DNA from: a virus
Lineage: Duplodnaviria > Heunggongvirae > Uroviricota > Caudoviricetes
Strand: one strand, 5' to 3'
Length of the DNA stretch: 64,000 nucleotides
Virus record (IMG/VR): IMGVR_UViG_3300046524_000235
Shown: positions 45,903 through 52,750 of the stretch, one piece after another
Layout of the letters: the number at the start of each line of letters is the position of its first letter
Position numbering within the stretch: position 1 is the stretch's first letter
Made by a program: the position numbers and the translations under genes
The notes under the pieces: generated by a model
The model's database searches: none
Told to the model about the DNA's origin: nothing
What the model saw: only the letters and a program-made list of their open reading frames with translations

Positions 45903-46494
45903 ACTATCAACAATCCTCAAAGACCACGCTGAAACAGTTCGTCTTGCAACTCCCGAAGCTGTTGCTATCGAACATCTTAAGCAAGCTGGTTTTAGCGATG
46001 CAGATGCTCGTTATCAAGTAGCTCAACATATCATGGAAAAAGAGGCTACGTCAGCTCTAGCTATGAAGGGCGTTGATCATGAAGAAGCTGTAAAGCTTGT
46101 TAAAGCAGCAAACATTAACGTTGCTGAACTTTCAAACTTCGTTCTTGAAGTAGATGAAAATCCAACGGTTGAACTTCTGCACAAGACAGCTGAATACGTT
46201 GATGCTCTAGAAGCCCAAATCGAAGGCCTGAAGGCTGAGATTGAGAAGCAGGCTACCGAACATCAAGTCGCACTCGACAGGGCTCTAGAAGTGCCTGTAG
46301 AGATGCCTGAGCAAATCACTAAGCTGGCTTCTGCCGCTCAGTTCACACAAGAAGATCTGGAACAACTCCAACGAGTCTCTCCTGAAGTTCTTCAGAAGGT
46401 TGCATCTGCAATGGATGAACCGTGGGGAATGGGTAATGGCGTAGGCTTTGCTCGTCCTAAGACTGATCCCCTTCTTGAATTCATGCTGAGCTAA
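45895..46494 (+). CDS. Scaffold/core-like helical protein
   Basis: Acidic coiled coil with LKQA, MEKEA, LHKTA, IEKQA, LQKVAS sites; directly upstream of capsid genes. Confidence 0.6.
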   Translation: MTKLSTILKDHAETVRLATPEAVAIEHLKQAGFSDADARYQVAQHIMEKEATSALAMKGVDHEEAVKLVKAANINVAELSNFVLEVDENPTVELLHKTAEYVDALEAQIEGLKAEIEKQATEHQVALDRALEVPVEMPEQITKLASAAQFTQEDLEQLQRVSPEVLQKVASAMDEPWGMGNGVGFARPKTDPLLEFMLS

Positions 46495-46570
46495 ATTTTT
46501 TAGCTAAAAATAATCGATTTCCCACACTACTATTTTTCCACATTAAAATAGAAATGTTGTGAAAGAATTT

Positions 46571-46601
46571 TGAGCCGAGTAGATATAGTCTTTACTCGGT
46601 T
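46571..46601 (+). promoter_or_regulatory. Leader hairpin of the capsid operon
   Basis: GAGCCGAGTA/TACTCGGTTC stem between TAAAATA (46544) and RBS; a similar 10-bp leader hairpin precedes the sheath gene near 52700-52722. Confidence 0.5.
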
Positions 46602-46636
46602 CCTTTAAAAATAGAAACATATACAAGGAAATAAAT

Positions 46637-47059
46637 ATGTTAATGGAACGTAACGCAGAGATCATCCGTGGCTGGCCCTACGATGGTTCTCTAGAACGCG
46701 TCGAGCCGATTACAGCAGCTGCTACTCTGCAAAATGGTGACTGGGTTACCAAGCAGAGCGACAACACTGTTAACAAGTCAGGCGCGACAGCTTCAAACAA
46801 TGTAGGCCTAGTAATCGTTGGTAACGGCGATAGCAGCTCTTCAGCATATTCAGGTAAGGCAGTTGTTCTTTGGGGTAACTTCCTCGCAAGTATCTCTAAC
46901 TACGCCGCTGGTGCATATGCTCCTGGTTCACCTATCACTGTTAAGAGCGGCCAAATTGCTCTCGCAAACGGTACTACTGATCCAACTATCGGCTTTGTGC
47001 TAGACGTTGTTACAGCAAGTGCAACGCAAACTGCTCATATTACAATCAAAGTAGCGTAA
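46637..47059 (+). CDS. Capsid decoration/cement protein
   Basis: 140-aa beta-rich protein immediately upstream of the major capsid gene. Confidence 0.7.
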   Translation: MLMERNAEIIRGWPYDGSLERVEPITAAATLQNGDWVTKQSDNTVNKSGATASNNVGLVIVGNGDSSSSAYSGKAVVLWGNFLASISNYAAGAYAPGSPITVKSGQIALANGTTDPTIGFVLDVVTASATQTAHITIKVA

Positions 47060-47072
47060 CAGGAAAATAAAA

Positions 47073-47966
47073 ATGAGCGCATATAACACAGAAACCGTAA
47101 ACGTACAATTCCTGAATCAATCTTTCCTAGACAAGATTGACCAAGGTCACACCAAAGAAGCTTCAGCTGCAATGTCAGCTTTCGTACGTCAGAAGCTTCG
47201 TGAAGACGGCTTTACCCGTAAGATTCTTACGCCAGTTCAAATCACAGCTTCAGAGCTTGATCGCCAACTGACCGAAGAACCAACGGTTATCGTTGAAAAG
47301 GAACCTGATTCAGTAGCTGCTACTGCTCCTTTCCTTGGCCGTCCGGAAATCCGTTACTGGAAGACACAACGTTACCCAGTTACATTCCAGAAGATCCAAT
47401 CAGCTGACTTCCGTAAGAGCAAGTTCGAACTCGCTACATACCGTACCGACATTCGTACTATCCTTCAAGAAAACAGCGTTAAGGATATTCAAGAACAAGA
47501 AGACGTAAACTTCTATCAAAACATCAACGCTATTGCTACAGCAAACAGCAACGTTCACACCATCGCTGGTGGCTTTACAAAGGCTAACCTGATGGCTGGT
47601 ATCAAGTTCATGCTTCTGAACAAGCTACCTGTTGGTTGTATCCTTATGACACAATCAATGTACGCTGACCTGCTGACTTTTGCAGCAACAGACGTAGGCT
47701 CACCGGCAGCATCAGCACTGTTCCAAGGCGAAGCGACTCTTGATAACTTCTTCGGTTACAAGATCATCACCACGAACAAGGCTAACATCCTCCCGACGAA
47801 CCAAGCAATCGTTTTTGCTCCTCAGAACTACCTCGGTCAGTTCTATGAGCTTCAAGCTCCGACAGTCTTCCTGAAGACCGAAGCAGACATTATCGAGTTC
47901 CATACTTACGAAGCTGTAGGTGCTGGTATCGGTAACGTAAATGGTGCAGTTGTTCTAAACTTCTAA
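47073..47966 (+). CDS. Major capsid protein (HK97-fold, inferred)
   Basis: Strong RBS, highly biased codons, position after protease/scaffold/decoration; N-terminal HTKEAS putative processing site. Confidence 0.8.
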   Translation: MSAYNTETVNVQFLNQSFLDKIDQGHTKEASAAMSAFVRQKLREDGFTRKILTPVQITASELDRQLTEEPTVIVEKEPDSVAATAPFLGRPEIRYWKTQRYPVTFQKIQSADFRKSKFELATYRTDIRTILQENSVKDIQEQEDVNFYQNINAIATANSNVHTIAGGFTKANLMAGIKFMLLNKLPVGCILMTQSMYADLLTFAATDVGSPAASALFQGEATLDNFFGYKIITTNKANILPTNQAIVFAPQNYLGQFYELQAPTVFLKTEADIIEFHTYEAVGAGIGNVNGAVVLNF

Positions 47967-48016
47967 TCACTCAGCGTGGTTAGAACTTCCGAGAGGAGGT
48001 GATCCCATCTAAAGAC

Positions 48017-48043
48017 AAGCCAGGGTAAAATCCTGGCTTTTCT
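48017..48043 (+). terminator. Intrinsic terminator after the capsid gene
   Basis: AAGCCAGG/CCTGGCTT stem plus T tract. Confidence 0.75.
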
Positions 48044-48091
48044 TATTTCTGAAAGTCTAAAAAAAGCCCAGTTGTTAGCTGGGCTTTTTCT

Positions 48092-48451
48092 TTAGCGCAT
48101 CGCTAGAACATCTTGATGAACCTGCTTCAGCATCTTCTGAGTCATCATTGCGATGTTACCCATCTCAGCTGCCATTTCAGCTGCCATGTCGAACTTTTCT
48201 TCTGTATCGTACAGAATCTTCATCATCAAATACACCTTATCGGTGACTTTTTCGTTGAACATCTCTTCTGCACGGCGAGTGAAAATTTGCATGAACTTGT
48301 CTGCAAAATCTCTCTCACCTTCGTCAGCAAAGCCACTAGACTCCATAGCTATGAAAACTTGGCTTGCAGCATACGCCGCGCAAAGTGCATTGAGTTCTGC
48401 AGTCGTGAGCGTCTTAAGCTGGACGTAGGTAATACCATTGAGCGTCTTCAT
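48092..48451 (-). CDS. Hypothetical protein
   Basis: 119 aa, AAGGAG RBS, follows promoter motif 48498. Confidence 0.65.
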   Translation of the reverse strand: MKTLNGITYVQLKTLTTAELNALCAAYAASQVFIAMESSGFADEGERDFADKFMQIFTRRAEEMFNEKVTDKVYLMMKILYDTEEKFDMAAEMAAEMGNIAMMTQKMLKQVHQDVLAMR

Positions 48452-48557
48452 TGGTCAAACTCCTTAGTAAAATTATATGTATTATGTTTCTATACTTCTT
48501 ATACCACTTCGTCCTTTACGAATTTAAAAAAACCCGTCGTACTGACGGGGCTATTCT

Positions 48558-48881
48558 TTAGTCTCTTTTGAGACCTACTCTTCTGCAGAAGGCCAATACC
48601 CGTTTAGATACTTTCGTCGTAATATAGATTCTAACGAATTCAAGTTCTTCATCTTCCGTTTTGAAATTCTCTCGCTTCACTGCACGATCTACTTCCCTGA
48701 CCAACGGGATGAAACTTATGAAACACACATTTATTACTGGTATTAATGATACGAGTACCACGAATACAACTCTCGGTATAATTTTTTCTAACGAGAGTTT
48801 CTTCCACGGAGCTACTTTTATAAGAACGTACGCAGTCAGTAGAACAGATACAGCGTACATAGTGTACAGCAGCGGTGCCAT
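48558..48881 (-). CDS. Membrane protein (two TM segments)
   Basis: Two hydrophobic segments; flanked by terminator-like hairpins. Confidence 0.6.
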   Translation of the reverse strand: MAPLLYTMYAVSVLLTAYVLIKVAPWKKLSLEKIIPRVVFVVLVSLIPVINVCFISFIPLVREVDRAVKRENFKTEDEELEFVRIYITTKVSKRVLAFCRRVGLKRD

Positions 48882-48930
48882 GAAATCCCCTTGGTAGAGC
48901 CCAGTTACTAGCTGGGCTGTGCATCGTTTT

Positions 48931-49068
48931 TTAGCGCTGCCTCAGAGCTATGAGGGCCAGCACTGCTGTAATTACAGATACAACCGCCACTGCTATGATC
49001 TTTGAATACAGTACCTCATTTTCACCAAATACGATTCTCCGTATTTCGTCTTGATCGGCCTGATCCAT
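48931..49068 (-). CDS. 45-aa C-terminally anchored micro-protein
   Basis: GGAG RBS before ATG 49068; MDQADQDEIRRIVFGENEVLYSKIIAVAVVSVITAVLALIALRQR. Confidence 0.65.
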   Translation of the reverse strand: MDQADQDEIRRIVFGENEVLYSKIIAVAVVSVITAVLALIALRQR

Positions 49069-49084
49069 TTTGTTTCTCCGAAGA

Positions 49085-49171
49085 CTACTTCTTAGCTCTC
49101 GGTGATAGCAGAGCGATGATCGCCAGCAGAGCCAGGATCGGGAATGCCACTGAGCGTTTCTTTTCAGCCAT
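49085..49171 (-). CDS. 28-aa membrane micro-peptide (not in ORF track)
   Basis: AAGGAG RBS; MAEKKRSVAFPILALLAIIALLSPRAKK. Confidence 0.65.
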   Translation of the reverse strand: MAEKKRSVAFPILALLAIIALLSPRAKK

Positions 49172-49183
49172 ACTATTTTCTCC

Positions 49184-49459
49184 TTATTTTTTACGGTGGT
49201 CAGCAAGGAACATCACGATCTTCGCTCTTGTCTTGTCTCTGTCAATGAAGTACTTCCGCTCGACGTAGTCAAGAAAGTCTTCTATCAGAATTCGTATCGT
49301 AGTATCACTCATTCCGCTAGTCAGTGCATAGTCCAATCCTACTACGTGCTTTTTGATGAGCGGGTCTTTTTCACCCCACCTGTCTATCATCATCCGTATT
49401 GGGAGCGGTGCTCTCTTGACGATATCGGTCATCTCACTTATTTTCATCATATCCTCCAA
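49184..49459 (-). CDS. Hypothetical protein
   Basis: 91 aa, GGAGG RBS, downstream of promoter motif 49556. Confidence 0.6.
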   Translation of the reverse strand: MEDMMKISEMTDIVKRAPLPIRMMIDRWGEKDPLIKKHVVGLDYALTSGMSDTTIRILIEDFLDYVERKYFIDRDKTRAKIVMFLADHRKK

Positions 49460-49633
49460 AGAGGTATAGCTCGGAAATCCGCAAGAACTCCAGAATTGCT
49501 TCGGTCATAGTTTCTTCTTCTAGTAACACGATAAACCTCTATTGTTATTACTCTCCTTATACCAATCTGAAGCTTGATGTATTACTTCTCTATCTCTGTT
49601 AAAATACTCTTTGTAAATTAAAAGGAAACCAAC

Positions 49634-49951
49634 ATGGCAGGTAGTTTTAACAGATACCTATCCAAGACCCTCAAAATGATCGATCAAGTGTCGGGGAAGA
49701 GCGCAAAGGAATGGGCTACTAAGGCTCGTGTAATGCGCGAGGCTGAGGATACGGGACTTACAGCTCTTCGTGCTAAACGCAAAGCACAAGTAGAAGCTGG
49801 CCGTACATTCCAGACAAGAGTAAAGGTCGGAGTTGGTGGAGCAGCAGCTGTAGGTACAGGCATGTTTGGAGTACACAAGTACTTCCAGCACCAAGATCGT
49901 AAGATCATGGAAAAAATTGACAAACTGTACGGACAGAAATACAATACTTGA
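49634..49951 (+). CDS. Small basic virion protein
   Basis: AAGGA RBS after TAAAATA; NRYLSK variant of the tag; Gly-rich helix. Confidence 0.6.
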   Translation: MAGSFNRYLSKTLKMIDQVSGKSAKEWATKARVMREAEDTGLTALRAKRKAQVEAGRTFQTRVKVGVGGAAAVGTGMFGVHKYFQHQDRKIMEKIDKLYGQKYNT

Positions 49952-49971
49952 ATCTAAGAAAGGATTAGCAA

Positions 49972-50418
49972 ATGTCTAAAGTAGTTTTTAAAAATTTTTA
50001 TCTGGTCAATAAGCTTCCGACCGGTCTTGTACTGAAAGCAGGGTATATCTCTATCAAGCAAGGCTCGTTCGTTAAGATTCTTGAATCAGATTTAGAACAC
50101 CAAGATGTTCTTGATGCAGTAAATCGTGGTTGGGCAGAAGTTCACTCAGAAGAGCCTGATGTCAGCGATCTAGTCAAGGCACCTGAACTGGTTGTAGAGC
50201 ACGAAGGTTATCAAGGTATGACGGCTGAAGAACTGAAGGCTTCAAAGACTCCGGAAAAGAAGAGCACAGCAACTTCAGAGTCAATTGGCAAGAATACCGA
50301 TGTAGTAGAAAAAGTATCAGAAGCAGCAGCTTCACAGATCGGTCAAACCGCTGAAGAAGCAAATGGCGTAGCAGAAACAGAGAAGGCTAAGCGTGGTCGT
50401 AAGGCTGCAGCAGAGTAA
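49972..50418 (+). CDS. Hypothetical late protein
   Basis: 148 aa with acidic disordered C-terminus. Confidence 0.6.
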   Translation: MSKVVFKNFYLVNKLPTGLVLKAGYISIKQGSFVKILESDLEHQDVLDAVNRGWAEVHSEEPDVSDLVKAPELVVEHEGYQGMTAEELKASKTPEKKSTATSESIGKNTDVVEKVSEAAASQIGQTAEEANGVAETEKAKRGRKAAAE

Positions 50419-50422
50419 ATAA

Positions 50423-50866
50423 ATGTCCGTTAATCAAATCCTCACCCCGCAAGAAGTAAGAGAGTATACGTCAGACTATGCTGTCAACAATTACCTTATC
50501 GAAGGTGAGGAAATGACTGACACGTTTATTTCACTCTCTATGACACTAGCAGTGGATTCGTTTAATACGATTCCGCCAATTGGTGCAGTAGGAATTCAAA
50601 ACTTCCCATCCAAATCAGTTCTTCTGTGGGGAACTCTTTGGCATGCATACCTCGGTAAAGCGTTGCTCCTAGCTCGTAATACTATGAACTACAGCGACGG
50701 CGGGCTTCAGATTCCAATCGAAGAACGTTCGCAGTTGTATCAGAGTCTAGCAGCAGGTTTTCAGCAACAGTTTACCGAAGCAGCTACAAAGCTAAAGATT
50801 CAGTTGAACATGGAAAGTGGTTGGGGAGAAGTACGAAGCGACCTCTCGCTTATGCCAACTTGGTAA
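50423..50866 (+). CDS. Putative head-tail adaptor
   Basis: Helical 147-aa protein between capsid and neck genes. Confidence 0.55.
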   Translation: MSVNQILTPQEVREYTSDYAVNNYLIEGEEMTDTFISLSMTLAVDSFNTIPPIGAVGIQNFPSKSVLLWGTLWHAYLGKALLLARNTMNYSDGGLQIPIEERSQLYQSLAAGFQQQFTEAATKLKIQLNMESGWGEVRSDLSLMPTW

Positions 50867-50924
50867 TCAAACACAGTTCCAAACAAGGCCTCCTTCGGGA
50901 GGCTTTTGCTTTTAAAATACTGTC

Positions 50925-51188
50925 ATGAACAAATATCTTGAAAAAATCGCTAGCGGTGGTAATCTTGAAATCATTATGGATTTAACTCATAAACATTTTG
51001 ATTCAAGTATGAAACCAGATCATGCTTTCTTTCCTAAGAACCGTGAAAATAAGGCTGCTACAACAATAGCTGGTAAAAAGTTGGTCGCAGCTATAGAAAG
51101 TAGATTCGGTAAAATCAATCCCGGTGATCATCACAAACTCACTACTCCGCGTAAAGTAGCTGAGTACTTTAAAAACAATACGCCCTAA
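50925..51188 (+). CDS. Tagged small protein with acyl-carrier-protein-like C-terminus
   Basis: Starts MNKYLEKIAS; LVAAIESRFG...KLTTPRKVAEYF resembles ACP helices II-IV; no DSL serine. Confidence 0.55.
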   Translation: MNKYLEKIASGGNLEIIMDLTHKHFDSSMKPDHAFFPKNRENKAATTIAGKKLVAAIESRFGKINPGDHHKLTTPRKVAEYFKNNTP

Positions 51189-51190
51189 AC

Positions 51191-52078
51191 ATGGCATTCA
51201 ACTTCTCAGTCACCCCAGGGTTCTTAATCCAAACCGCTCAGTTGCCTCTTACAACGGCTAGGAGGGCTTCGGCTATCCAAGTCAAGGTCTACCCACAGTG
51301 GTACAAGCAGGCGACTGTAGAATGGTCCATACCGGCTTCCTGGGGTAACTGTGTATTTGATGTATACTTCTCTCAAATAGAGGATTCAGATTTTGTCAAA
51401 ATCAACGCAACCCCAATCGTCGGAAACCACTTCATCGACACCACCCTCAGAGAAGAGTCCAAATTTAATCATGGATACTACGTCGTTGAAGTACTTCTTC
51501 TCGACAAGGGTAGTATCGCCCTTAGATCCGACCCCGCTACTTGGAAAACGTTCCAAAGAAGCTGGGTAACTATCCGCAGCATGGAAATCCAACGACGTGA
51601 GTATTGGCTTCTGTCAAGGTTCGGTGGAATTAGTTCTTATCTATTTAGGCGCAAAAACTATGGTAAACGTTGTACGACTTGCTGGGATCCTGTGCATGAA
51701 CATACGACCCGCGATAATTGCCCTAATTGCATCGGTACTAGTTTTGAAGGCGGATACTTCACTCCTGCAAAGATCTTCTTGCAGTACGATCCAACCCCAA
51801 ACAACCTTACCAAAAACTACCTTGGACAAGACGAAGAGAATGTAATTGGAGCGTGGACAATTTCCATGCCAGATATTCGTCTTGGTGATGTTATAATTCG
51901 TAGCGGAGACTGGAGCGGATATGAAGTTACTAGAATCGCTACTACAGAGTTACAGGGCAATGTTGTGAGACAAATGCTGACTCTTACTCAGCTAAGTAAG
52001 GGAGCGGTTGAATTCCAACTAGTGACAAGAGATCTTCCAGACTTTCCGTCACAATACTTGGATTCGTACTTACCATGA
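51191..52078 (+). CDS. Neck / head-closure protein
   Basis: CTTC...CPNC zinc motif and GTSFEGGY; position before tail terminator and sheath. Confidence 0.6.
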   Translation: MAFNFSVTPGFLIQTAQLPLTTARRASAIQVKVYPQWYKQATVEWSIPASWGNCVFDVYFSQIEDSDFVKINATPIVGNHFIDTTLREESKFNHGYYVVEVLLLDKGSIALRSDPATWKTFQRSWVTIRSMEIQRREYWLLSRFGGISSYLFRRKNYGKRCTTCWDPVHEHTTRDNCPNCIGTSFEGGYFTPAKIFLQYDPTPNNLTKNYLGQDEENVIGAWTISMPDIRLGDVIIRSGDWSGYEVTRIATTELQGNVVRQMLTLTQLSKGAVEFQLVTRDLPDFPSQYLDSYLP

Positions 52079-52662
52079 TTTTTAGCCCAGTTAACTTAAG
52101 CGAATTGATCCTGCAACCTCTTCGCTACTACTTCTCCCAGTACACAGAACAGTCAACGTTCTTCTGGGACGCAGACGAAAAGAAGAGGACGATTGAACTG
52201 GACTATATGAATAACCTTCATAAGATTCCATTTAATGAACGTCCCCGAGTATTGGTTGATCGTGGTGCATATAATGTTGGTAAGTTCTCGCTTACCGATA
52301 ATATGTCTTCTGCAAAGACGATGAATCAAACTATGGGCTTACACGATATTGAGAACTTCATTCTCTATAGCGGTCAAGCTGAAATCATAATTGAAGCAAC
52401 TCAGCTTGGTAGTTGTGAAATTATTACGGATATGGTGCAGCACTTCTTGCTGTGGACACGACCTTATCTGTGTAGTACCCAAGGCTTCAAAGACTTCGCT
52501 TCTCCTATGACGGTTAGTAATTGTGACCTCGATGGAAGTTCAGAAGGCAAAGAGAAATTCAGAGTTACAATTGCAGTGCCTTGGATGCGTGAAGAACGCT
52601 GGTCAGTTAAGAACGACAGTATCAAGATCAAGAACTTCATTTTGAATCTTCAGCCTGAATAA
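52075..52662 (+). CDS. Tail completion/terminator protein
   Basis: Position immediately before the sheath gene; size and beta-rich pattern. Confidence 0.55.
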   Translation: MIFSPVNLSELILQPLRYYFSQYTEQSTFFWDADEKKRTIELDYMNNLHKIPFNERPRVLVDRGAYNVGKFSLTDNMSSAKTMNQTMGLHDIENFILYSGQAEIIIEATQLGSCEIITDMVQHFLLWTRPYLCSTQGFKDFASPMTVSNCDLDGSSEGKEKFRVTIAVPWMREERWSVKNDSIKIKNFILNLQPE

Positions 52663-52750
52663 TTCTGCTAAAATATCAGCATAATGTGTCAAGAATTCGG
52701 CTCGTAGTCAAGTGACTGCGAGTATCAAAAAATCCTTTTAGGAAATAAAT

